64,000 nt of DNA, taken from an uncultured delta proteobacterium (GTDB taxonomy: Bacteria > Desulfobacterota > Binatia > Binatales > Binataceae). The stretch covers positions 2,688,001 through 2,752,000 of the forward strand of contig CAWEEQ010000004.1 of NCBI GenBank assembly GCA_963808235.1, read 5' to 3'. The first letter of the stretch is position 1. Every line of letters starts with the position of its first letter. The position numbers and the translations under genes are program-made. This document shows positions 18,698 to 27,150 of this stretch, one piece after another. The notes under the pieces are model-generated. The model worked only from the letters and a program-made list of their open reading frames with translations, was not told the origin of the DNA and did not search any database.

Positions 18698-19936
18698 ATG
18701 GCAAAGACTTCGAAGAATATCCTCGATGAGGCGCGCACCTCGATTAAGCAGATCGATATCGACGAGGCGCGGCGCATGCTCGAGAAGCCGGGCACGGTGC
18801 TGGTCGACGTGCGCGAGGCCGACGAGTGGCGCCAGGGCCACATTCCACAGGCGGTCGCGATTCCGCGCGGTTTCCTGGAACTCAGGGTCGAAGAGAAGAT
18901 TCCCGACCATAAGACCCCGGTGATTCTGCAATGCGCGTCGGGCACGCGCTCGCTGCTCGCGGCGCGCACGCTGCGCGAACTCGGCTACGAGAACGTGTAC
19001 AACATGACCGGCGGCTTCAACGCGTGGAAAGATCGCGGCCTCAAGTGGATTGCGGATCGTGCGTTCAGCGCCGACGAGATCAACCGCTACTCGCGCCATT
19101 TCGTGATTCCCGAAGTCGGTGAAAAGGGACAGGCAAAGCTGCTCGACTCAAAGGTGCTGCTACTCGGCGCGGGCGCACTCGGCTCGCCGGTGGCTCTGTA
19201 CCTGGCGGCGGCGGGAGTCGGCACGATCGGGCTGGTCGATTTCGACGTGGTCGATCTGTCGAATTTGCAGCGGCAGATAATCCACACCACCGACCGGGTC
19301 GGCACACCGAAAACCGAGTCGGCGCAGAAGCAAATCAACGCGCTGAATCCGGGCGTCAAGGTGGTTCGTCACGACGTGCGCCTCACATCCGAGAACGTGA
19401 TGGACATAATCAAGGACTACGACGTGATCGTGAATTGCGGCGACAATTTCCCGACTCGCTACCTGATCAGCGACGCGTGCGTGTTCGCGAAGAAGCCACT
19501 GGTGGACGGCGCGATTTTTCGATTCGAGGGTAACGCGACGGTCTTCTACGCGGCCAAAGGCGGACCTTGCTACCGATGCCTGTATCCCGAGCCGGCGCCG
19601 CCGGACATGGCGCCGTCGTGCGCGGAAGCCGGCGTGCTCGGCGCAGTGCCGGGACTGATTGGATCGATCGAGGCGCTCGAGGCGATCAAGCTGATCGTCG
19701 GCGCGGGAGAGCCGCTGATCGGCAAGATGATTTACTTCGACACGCTGTCGGACAAGGACTACGTGCGGATGCTGAAGATCCGCAAGGATCCTAAGTGCCC
19801 CGTGTGCAGCGAGCATCCAACGCAGACTACGCTGATCGATTACGAGGCGTTCTGCGGAGTGGGCGCGTCGGACAACGGCAGCGAGCATTCGGAGCTGTCA
19901 ACGGTGCAACCGGCAGCGGGAGCGTCGGCGAGGTAG
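18698..19936 (+). CDS. moeB: Rhodanese-MoeB/MoeZ fusion (sulfur-carrier adenylyl/sulfurtransferase)
   Basis: N-terminal rhodanese (DVRE..EW..GHIP, CASGTRS); RYSRH, GAGALG, DFDVVDLSNLQRQ, CYRC, SCAEAG, CPVC. Confidence 0.9.
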   Translation: MAKTSKNILDEARTSIKQIDIDEARRMLEKPGTVLVDVREADEWRQGHIPQAVAIPRGFLELRVEEKIPDHKTPVILQCASGTRSLLAARTLRELGYENVYNMTGGFNAWKDRGLKWIADRAFSADEINRYSRHFVIPEVGEKGQAKLLDSKVLLLGAGALGSPVALYLAAAGVGTIGLVDFDVVDLSNLQRQIIHTTDRVGTPKTESAQKQINALNPGVKVVRHDVRLTSENVMDIIKDYDVIVNCGDNFPTRYLISDACVFAKKPLVDGAIFRFEGNATVFYAAKGGPCYRCLYPEPAPPDMAPSCAEAGVLGAVPGLIGSIEALEAIKLIVGAGEPLIGKMIYFDTLSDKDYVRMLKIRKDPKCPVCSEHPTQTTLIDYEAFCGVGASDNGSEHSELSTVQPAAGASAR

Positions 19937-19990
19937 CTTGAGCGCTTAATTTGCGCGCTCTGGTTTCGGCAGCCTGAAATCTGGTTTGAT

Positions 19991-20033
19991 GGCGGCGGAC
20001 GCAGTCGATAATGCGTCCGCCGCCGATTTTTTT
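19991..20033 (+). terminator. Rho-independent terminator after moeB
   Basis: GGCGGCGGACGCA / TGCGTCCGCCGCC 13-bp stem followed by a T7 run. Confidence 0.75.
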
Positions 20034-20066
20034 GACGCACCTGTTTCCTGCGGAGAGGCTATCTCG

Positions 20067-20768
20067 ATGGCGCTGGGACCGTTTCATGTCGCGGAAAAAC
20101 TTAAGGCGAAGACGGGCTTGAGAGGAACCGCGCTCTTTATGCGCCATGGCGAGACCGCGTGGAATCGCGAAGGCCGGGTGATGGGCCGCAATCCAATCGA
20201 ACTCGACGAGCATGGACGCGCGCAGGTCGAAGCCGCGATACCGTTCGCGCGCCTGATCGGGCCCCAGTTGATCGTCACGAGTCCGCTGATTCGCGCGCGG
20301 CAGTCAGCCGAAATAATCGCGAGCGGTCTGGGCGGCGTTGCGGTGATCGAAGAAGCGCAACTCTCCGAAGTTCAATATGGGCGATGGGAGGGGATGGTGT
20401 ACGACGACCTGATCGACGATCCCGATTACGCGCGCTACAAGGAAGACCCGCTCGCCACGGCGACGCCCGGCGGCGAGACCATCGTCCAGGTGCAAGCGCG
20501 AGGGATCGAGGCGATCGGGCGCGCGATCGCGGCGAACCCGGGCCTGCGAATTCTTTTCGTCTCGCACGGCGACATCATCCGCACCGTGCTGTGCAAACTG
20601 ATGGGCCTGGAGCTGGAGCATTTCCGGCGCATCCGAGTGGATAACGCGACTTTCTCAGCGGTCCAGTTGATGGGCGATTTTGCCGAAGTAAAATTCCTGA
20701 ACTTGCTGCCTGACCCGGGGCGCGCATTCGTAGTACCGTTCAGATCGACCAAGCCCCAATCAGACTGA
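20067..20768 (+). CDS. Histidine phosphatase (phosphoglycerate mutase family)
   Basis: MRHGETAWN, SPLIRARQSA, E..YGRWEG, PGGET, VSHG. Confidence 0.88.
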   Translation: MALGPFHVAEKLKAKTGLRGTALFMRHGETAWNREGRVMGRNPIELDEHGRAQVEAAIPFARLIGPQLIVTSPLIRARQSAEIIASGLGGVAVIEEAQLSEVQYGRWEGMVYDDLIDDPDYARYKEDPLATATPGGETIVQVQARGIEAIGRAIAANPGLRILFVSHGDIIRTVLCKLMGLELEHFRRIRVDNATFSAVQLMGDFAEVKFLNLLPDPGRAFVVPFRSTKPQSD

Positions 20769-20793
20769 CCCGCGCGCGCGAGTGCGGAGATGG

Positions 20794-21979
20794 CTACGGC
20801 GCGGAAGGATCGTAAGAGGCGGTTGCGGAGCGGGAGCCGACTTCGATGCCCTTGCGGACGCGGATATCTGAGCCGGGTTTGCCGGGGACTTCGACGTTCA
20901 GCTTGCGATACCCGCCAGCGGCAGGATCCGGCGCGAGAAATCCGACCGTATATTGCTCGCGCAGCTCGAGGCTGATGTTCTCGCAATCGCGGCGCAGCGC
21001 CTCACCGTCGCCGGCTTCGCGAACGATGTAGGTCTTGGCGCCGGTTTCGGTCGACAGCGCGTGCAGGGTTTCTGAATCAACCCGCTCGGCGTCGTCGCCG
21101 CCCAAAACGAACGGGCCGATCGCGACCGATAGTCCGCTGCTCGACGCGTTAGGATCGCCAATTCCGATCGAGTACACCAGCACGCCCATCCGGCGCGCCT
21201 GCGCGACCACGTCGTTCACGGTCGAGGCGCTGGTGTTGTCCATGCCGTCGGTCACCACGAGCAGCGCTTTCTTGTCGTAGCGGCCGCGCTGCACCATGTT
21301 GAGGCCCTGCATGATCACGTCGAAGAGAGCGGTCTGCCCGTAGGCGTGCAGCAGCGACAGACGGCGCATCACGAGGTCATGATTCATCGTGAACGGCTGG
21401 AGCAAAAATGGACGGCTCGAAAATGCGAACAGGAATACGTCGTCACGCTCGTTCAGATCGCGCAGGAACTCGGCGATCGCGGCGCGCGCCTGTGGAATTT
21501 TTGGCACCATGCTTCCCGACGTATCGACCAGGATTCCGACCGAAACCGGAGTGTTCAGATCCTGGCGGAAAAATTCGATCGGGCGTTGCTGCCCGTCCAT
21601 GAAAAGTTTGAAATCGCTCTTTTGCAGACCGGTGACGTAGGTCCCGCGCGGATCGGTCACGGTCACGGTGACCTGTTCGTAGCCCGGCTGCTCGCGGAGT
21701 TCACGCGTGGGCAGGGTGAGTTCCTGGCCGGTCTGTGGAGCCTGCGGCGGTATCTTCAGCGAATCGCCACCCTGCGCCGCGGGCATCGAGGGCAACTCGA
21801 GCGTCGAGGTGGTTTTGCCCTGGTTCTGCGGTACCACCATCGGAACCGGCAGCGACTTGGTCGACGAGCCTTGCTGCGCAGCAGCCGGCATCACGCCGAC
21901 GACTAGAATCGCGACAATAAACGCAAACGCGGTGATTGCGGATATCTGGTGTTGTTTAGCGCCCGGGGTTGTGGCCATT
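20794..21979 (-). CDS. Exported VWA-domain protein (VWFA-related)
   Basis: VTVTVTD..G..V.GL...DF, MIDAS DTSGSM, GQTALFD, VTDGMD, ELREQY..G; start uncertain (21979 vs 22059). Confidence 0.82.
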
Positions 21980-22259
21980 GCGATCCGAATCCTGCGCCGA
22001 CTCGATGCGCGCGCAACTCTCATGATCCTATTTGCTCGTACTTTGGGCAAGTCGGTCATTTTAGTCGAGTTGATCGCGCGTTAGTCTATATGAGCCACAG
22101 GTTTTGGCGATCTCCTCTACACAGTCTGACGAATTCGCGGCGCCGATGTTTCAGGCGAGCGGAAATCTAAACGTGCGTTAATGAGTGCCTGGCTCAAACG
22201 CTCGGTTTGAGTCAGCAATTCGCGAAGCTTAGGATTGGCTCGCGTGAGCCCGTGAGCGA

Positions 22260-22628
22260 ATGAGCGCGCCACCAAAAGATACCATCGCACCGTCCGCGGA
22301 AATCGCATCGCCTAATGTACTGGTGATGGACAGCGCCGGGATGGTCGTCGAGTGGACGCGCGATGCGGAAGCGATTTTCGGATGGCCGCGCGCGGAGGCT
22401 ATCGGCCAGCGGCTGTCGGCATTGATCATACCGGAGCGTCTTCGCGCCGCGCATGAAGCCGGGCTCAAGTATTTTCTGGGCGGCGGTCCGGGCAAGCTGA
22501 TCGACCGGACGCTCCAGATTGTCGCGATCGATCGTGGCGGCATCGAATTCAACGTCGAACTCCGCATCACGGCGGAGAAGTCCGCCCACGGCTACCGGTT
22601 TGCGAGCTCGGCGCGCCGCGTGGAGTGA
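22260..22628 (+). CDS. Stand-alone PAS-domain protein
   Basis: MDSAG.V.EW...AE.IFGW...EAIGQ.L..LIIP....AAH. Confidence 0.75.
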   Translation: MSAPPKDTIAPSAEIASPNVLVMDSAGMVVEWTRDAEAIFGWPRAEAIGQRLSALIIPERLRAAHEAGLKYFLGGGPGKLIDRTLQIVAIDRGGIEFNVELRITAEKSAHGYRFASSARRVE

Positions 22629-22741
22629 TCCAGCTTAAACGTTCGTTCAAGGCCGCCGTCTTTTCTTGTTTCCCATTCTGATTTCGTCGTAACCTGATGA
22701 ATCCGCCCTGGCCGCGCAGATCCGCAGCCGCTTAAGGAGAA

Positions 22742-23965
22742 ATGATGAAGTTCGGAATTTTCATGGCCCCCTTCCATCGCGTCGGCGAGAATCCGACGCT
22801 CTGTTTCGAGCGCGACATGCAACTGATCGAATGGCTCGACGAACTCGGCTACGAAGAAGCTTTCATCGGAGAGCATCATTCTTCGGGATGGGAAATAATC
22901 TCGTCGCCGGAAATTTTTATGGCTGTCGCGGCGACGCGGACCAAAAGGATCAAGCTCGGCTCGGGCGTCGTCAGCATCCCGTACCATCATCCGTTCAATG
23001 TCGCGAACCGCTTCGCATTGCTCGACCATCTGACTCATGGCCGGGTGATGCTCGGATGCGGTCCGGGAGCGCTGGCCGCGGACGCGTACATGCTCGGGAT
23101 TGACTCGACCACGCAGCGCAAACGCATGGTCGAGGGCGTCAAAGCGATCATCCGGCTTTTCACCGAAGAGGGAAAAATTTCGATCGACGGCTCATACTTC
23201 AAGCTGGTCGACGCGCACTTGCAGGTGAAGCCATTTCAGCAGCCGTATATGCCGATATTCGTCGCGAGCACGATCTCGCCGTCGGGGATGGTCGCGGCGG
23301 GACAGCTCGGATGCGGGGTGCTGTCGGTCGCATCGTACGCGCCCGGCGGTCTCGACGAGCTGATGAAGCGATGGACGATGGCCGAGGAGACGGCGGCCGA
23401 GAATAACAAAACTGTCGATCGCAAGAACTGGCGGCTGGTATTTCCGATTCACCTCGCGGAGACGAAAGAAGAAGCGATGAAAGATATCCGCGACGGCGCC
23501 AACTCGTGGATCCAGGATTACTTTATCGACACGCTCGGCGCGCGGCTGCAGTTCGAGGAATATCCGAATCAGCCGGTCGAGGAGATGAATATCGATCGGA
23601 TGAACGGGCGCGGCGGCATAATCGTCGGCACGCCCGACGATGCGATCGCGCGGATCAAGGAACTTCAGCAGGCGACCGGCGGCTTCGGCGGCGTGCTCGG
23701 ACTCGCGCACGAATGGACGACGCGCGAGAAGACACTGCGCTCATACGAACTGTTTGCGCGCTACGTCGCGCCGCAATTCCAGGGTCCGGTCGCGCCGCAG
23801 GTCAAGTTCTCCAACGAATGGGCTCGCGAAAATCGCGACCTGATGTTCACCAAGGCGGTGGCGGGAATCCTGACCGCGGTGCAGGACTACGCGCAGCACA
23901 AAGAAGAAAAAGGCGAGCCGGTCCCCGAGATGCTGACCCAGCCGATAAACCGGGTGCGTCCGTAA
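22742..23965 (+). CDS. LLM-class flavin-dependent monooxygenase (limonene monooxygenase-like)
   Basis: FGIFMAPFH, ELGYEEAFIGEHHS, IKLGSGV..PYHHP, LDHLTHGR, VGTPDD. Confidence 0.88.
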   Translation: MMKFGIFMAPFHRVGENPTLCFERDMQLIEWLDELGYEEAFIGEHHSSGWEIISSPEIFMAVAATRTKRIKLGSGVVSIPYHHPFNVANRFALLDHLTHGRVMLGCGPGALAADAYMLGIDSTTQRKRMVEGVKAIIRLFTEEGKISIDGSYFKLVDAHLQVKPFQQPYMPIFVASTISPSGMVAAGQLGCGVLSVASYAPGGLDELMKRWTMAEETAAENNKTVDRKNWRLVFPIHLAETKEEAMKDIRDGANSWIQDYFIDTLGARLQFEEYPNQPVEEMNIDRMNGRGGIIVGTPDDAIARIKELQQATGGFGGVLGLAHEWTTREKTLRSYELFARYVAPQFQGPVAPQVKFSNEWARENRDLMFTKAVAGILTAVQDYAQHKEEKGEPVPEMLTQPINRVRP

Positions 23966-23975
23966 CTCAACTACG

Positions 23976-24818
23976 ATGTCGAGCATCGAGGAGGTTCCGT
24001 TTGCGGTTCGCCGGCAGAAGCTTCTCGATCGTGCGGTGACTATTTTCTCGACCGATGCGCGCTTCCCGGCGGGATGGCTCGAAGGAAGTCTCGCCGATGG
24101 ATCCGCGGATCCCTACTCAGACATCGACTTGCATCTATGCGTTAGCCAACAGGCTTGGGACGAGGTTTGGAATAACCGGCGCGTCGTGATCGAGAAAGTC
24201 GCGCCGATCCTCGCGTCGCTCGATATCATGGGCGTGTTCGGGGTCGGATGCTTGATTGCGGGGCCGGTGAAGCTCGACGTCTTCTTCGAGCGGGAAAGCG
24301 GCCTGTCGTCAATGCCGCGGGTCGCCGTGAAGCGGCTTTGGGGCACCGCGGAACTCTACGAGAGGCTCAAGATCGGCGACGATCTGGGAGACGCCGCAAT
24401 CAAGCGCGCACTCGAAACGAATGTGCTCGGATTTTTGCAGGGCGCGACCTGGCCCGTACGACTGCTGGCGCGCCGGCAAGTAAATACATTTCTATTTTGC
24501 GAGATCCTGCTGGTCGAGACCGGGATCGTTCCGCTGATGTTGCTGGAAACCGATCGCCGCGCGTTCCATCGCAACATGTTCACGCGCGCAAAGCTGCTCG
24601 CGCCCGATCGGCGCGAAGAATGTGCGCGGCTGATCGACCGCATCGAAGCGTCGGTTCGCAAAGGCGATCGTGGCGCGATGCGCGACGTACATATCGAAAT
24701 CCACAGAAAAATCTGCGGACTCGCGCGTGCTGCGTTCGAGCGATACGCCCTCGAGTTCCCGCCGCAAGTTGAAGACGAAATGGTAGATTTCTACAAACGC
24801 GAGTGGCCGCTTTCGTGA
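23976..24818 (+). CDS. Pol-beta-type nucleotidyltransferase domain protein
   Basis: LEGSLADGSADPYSDIDL (GS...D.D) plus helical C-terminal domain. Confidence 0.7.
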   Translation: MSSIEEVPFAVRRQKLLDRAVTIFSTDARFPAGWLEGSLADGSADPYSDIDLHLCVSQQAWDEVWNNRRVVIEKVAPILASLDIMGVFGVGCLIAGPVKLDVFFERESGLSSMPRVAVKRLWGTAELYERLKIGDDLGDAAIKRALETNVLGFLQGATWPVRLLARRQVNTFLFCEILLVETGIVPLMLLETDRRAFHRNMFTRAKLLAPDRREECARLIDRIEASVRKGDRGAMRDVHIEIHRKICGLARAAFERYALEFPPQVEDEMVDFYKREWPLS

Positions 24819-24846
24819 CCGGCTCCTGAATGCAAGGAGGCGAGCG

Positions 24847-25236
24847 ATGGCCGACAACGATCGTCTGAAGTATCTGCGGATCGCGCTGGTACTGGTTGGC
24901 GTGATTTTCATCGCCGGAATTTACCCCCTGATGATCATTTGGCCATCTGGCTGGACGTGGCATACCGGTCACTCGGACTACCCAATGATGATTGTCGGGA
25001 TCTATGCGACCCTCGGCGTGTTCCTGATTATCGCGGCGCGCAACCCGCTCGAACATCGAAGCCTCATCTGGTTCACCATCTGGTCGAGCGTCGTCCATGC
25101 CGCGATCATGACGGTTCAATCTTTCGAGGCACCCGAACATCATGGTCACCTGCTGGGCGACGTGCCGGCGCTACTATTCGTAGCTGTATTGCTGGCTCTT
25201 CTAACTCCGCGCGGAGAGCGAGCGCCGGTTGGATAG
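24847..25236 (+). CDS. Small 4-TM membrane protein (DUF6632-like)
   Basis: WPSGW.W, MIVGIYATLGVFL..AARNP..HRSLIWFT.WSS..HA, HL.GDVPAL. Confidence 0.65.
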   Translation: MADNDRLKYLRIALVLVGVIFIAGIYPLMIIWPSGWTWHTGHSDYPMMIVGIYATLGVFLIIAARNPLEHRSLIWFTIWSSVVHAAIMTVQSFEAPEHHGHLLGDVPALLFVAVLLALLTPRGERAPVG

Positions 25237-25289
25237 TCTCAGTCTTCGGTGCTACTCAAGCCTGTAGCCAGCATTGAGGGAGCACATCG

Positions 25290-26456
25290 ATGGACGCTCA
25301 CGCCGAGATATCGCGCGCGATTGATAACTACCGCGACAAAGTGGTCGCGCTCAGTCATGAGATACATGAGCATCCTGAGCTCAAGTTCGAGGAGCATTTC
25401 GCTGCCGATCTGCTGACGCGCGCCGCGAAAGAACTCGGCCTCGAAGTCGAACGCGGGGTTGGCGGGCTGAAGACGGCGTTTCGTGCAGAGTTCGGCGGTG
25501 AGGGACCGACGGTCGCAATCCTTGCTGAATATGACGCGCTGCCCAACGGCCACTCATGCGGACACAATTTGATCGCGGGCGCCGCGCTCAGCGCCGTCGC
25601 GGGTTTGAAGAGCCTCGCGGGTAAGCTGCCGGGGCGAATTATTTTTCTCGGCACTCCGGCCGAGGAAGGCGGCGGCGGAAAGATCATTCTGATCGAAAAA
25701 GGCGTGCTGCATGGCGTCGACGCTGCCATGATGGCGCATCCGACCGACATGGAATGGTGCACGATGCCCGCGCTGGCGACGCAGCACATCAGGCTCAAGT
25801 TTCGCGGCCGCGCAGCACACGCCGCGCTCGCACCGTGGGACGGATCGAGCGCGCTGGCTGCGGTGATCCAGACATTCCAGAGTGTCGATGCGATGCGGCT
25901 GCATCTGCGCGACGGCTCGCGCATCCACGGGATCATCACCGACGGCGGCCAGGCGGTGAATATCATCCCCGAGAAAGCCGAATGCCTGTTCCTGGCTCGC
26001 GGGAAGACCAGCCGCTACACGGAGCAGATTGGCGCAAGGGTGATCCGATGCGCCGAGGCGGCCGCCATGGCGACTGGCACTAGCGTCGAACCGATTATCG
26101 AGGGCGGCTACAAGAACCTGATCAACAACTTGAGCATGGCGCATCGTTACGCCGCCCATAGCGAGGCGCTCGGCACCAAGACTCCCGTGGCGCCAGATAA
26201 TATCCCGACCGGCAGCACCGACATGGGCGACGTGAGCCACGTGATGCCGGCGATTCATCCGTCGTTCGCGATCTCGCGCCACGGCGAGGGGACTTGCCAT
26301 GAAGATGCGTTCGTCGCGCACGCCGACTCGCAGCGCGGATACGACGCGATGATCAGGGTGGCGAAAGCGATGGCGATGACGGCATACGACCTGCTCGCGG
26401 AACCCGAATTGATGGCCGCGACGAAGAAGGAATTTGCCGCCCGCAAAGAGAGTTGA
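25290..26456 (+). CDS. M20 family metallo-amidohydrolase (AbgB/PM20D2-like)
   Basis: HEHPELKFEE, AEYDALP..HSCGHN, GTPAEEGGGGK, GSTDMGDVS. Confidence 0.88.
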   Translation: MDAHAEISRAIDNYRDKVVALSHEIHEHPELKFEEHFAADLLTRAAKELGLEVERGVGGLKTAFRAEFGGEGPTVAILAEYDALPNGHSCGHNLIAGAALSAVAGLKSLAGKLPGRIIFLGTPAEEGGGGKIILIEKGVLHGVDAAMMAHPTDMEWCTMPALATQHIRLKFRGRAAHAALAPWDGSSALAAVIQTFQSVDAMRLHLRDGSRIHGIITDGGQAVNIIPEKAECLFLARGKTSRYTEQIGARVIRCAEAAAMATGTSVEPIIEGGYKNLINNLSMAHRYAAHSEALGTKTPVAPDNIPTGSTDMGDVSHVMPAIHPSFAISRHGEGTCHEDAFVAHADSQRGYDAMIRVAKAMAMTAYDLLAEPELMAATKKEFAARKES

Positions 26457-26477
26457 GATGGGGTGGAGTCGAGAGCG

Positions 26478-26735
26478 TTAGTGGCAACCGCATCCGCCGC
26501 CGCAGCATCCACCGCCTGGGATGCCGCCGCCGCCGGCGCGAGTACCGGAACCTGCTATCGCTTGCGCTGCGGCTGCGACGCCATCGGCGTTGCCGGCGCG
26601 CGCCGCAAAGGTCGACATCTCGCGCGTGAGCGATCCGCCGTTGCAATGCGGGCATCGCGCGGAGTCGTCAGCCGCGCGCACCAACGCCTCGAACGAGCGG
26701 TCGCAGTTGCTGCATCGGTATTCGTAGATCGGCAT
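26478..26735 (-). CDS. FmdB-family zinc ribbon protein
   Basis: MPIYEYRCSNC...CPHC, Gly/Cys-rich tail. Confidence 0.85.
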   Translation of the reverse strand: MPIYEYRCSNCDRSFEALVRAADDSARCPHCNGGSLTREMSTFAARAGNADGVAAAAQAIAGSGTRAGGGGIPGGGCCGGGCGCH

Positions 26736-26738
26736 CGT

Positions 26739-27143
26739 CTACTCGTCGAGCGGCTGCGCATACTCGACCAGCACGCCGCGAGTCGCCTTGGGATGAAGGA
26801 AGCAGATCATGCCGGCGAGTCCGTGGCGCGGCTTTTGATCGATTAGCTGGATATCTTTCCCGCGCGCCGCGTCGAGCTCGCGCGCGACGTCGTCGCTCTC
26901 GAAGCATACGTGATGCAATCCGCCGCCGCGCCGCGCGAGAAACTTGCCGACGCCATTTTCTGCATCGAGCGGTTCGAGCAGTTCGATTTCGCTCTCGCCG
27001 ACTTTGAGCAGGGCCGCGCGAACGCCCTGCTCTTCAATCGTCGCGCTCTTGGTGAGATGCAGGCCGAGCGTGTCGCGCCAGAACTTCAAACTCGCGTCGA
27101 GATTCGGCACGACCACGCCGACGTGATGAATCTTTTTGAGCAT
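26739..27143 (-). CDS. mce: Methylmalonyl-CoA epimerase
   Basis: KIHHVGVVV, EEQGVRAA, EIELLEP, GLHHVCFE, FLHPKATRGVLVE. Confidence 0.85.
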   Translation of the reverse strand: MLKKIHHVGVVVPNLDASLKFWRDTLGLHLTKSATIEEQGVRAALLKVGESEIELLEPLDAENGVGKFLARRGGGLHHVCFESDDVARELDAARGKDIQLIDQKPRHGLAGMICFLHPKATRGVLVEYAQPLDE

Positions 27144-27150
27144 CCCCGCG

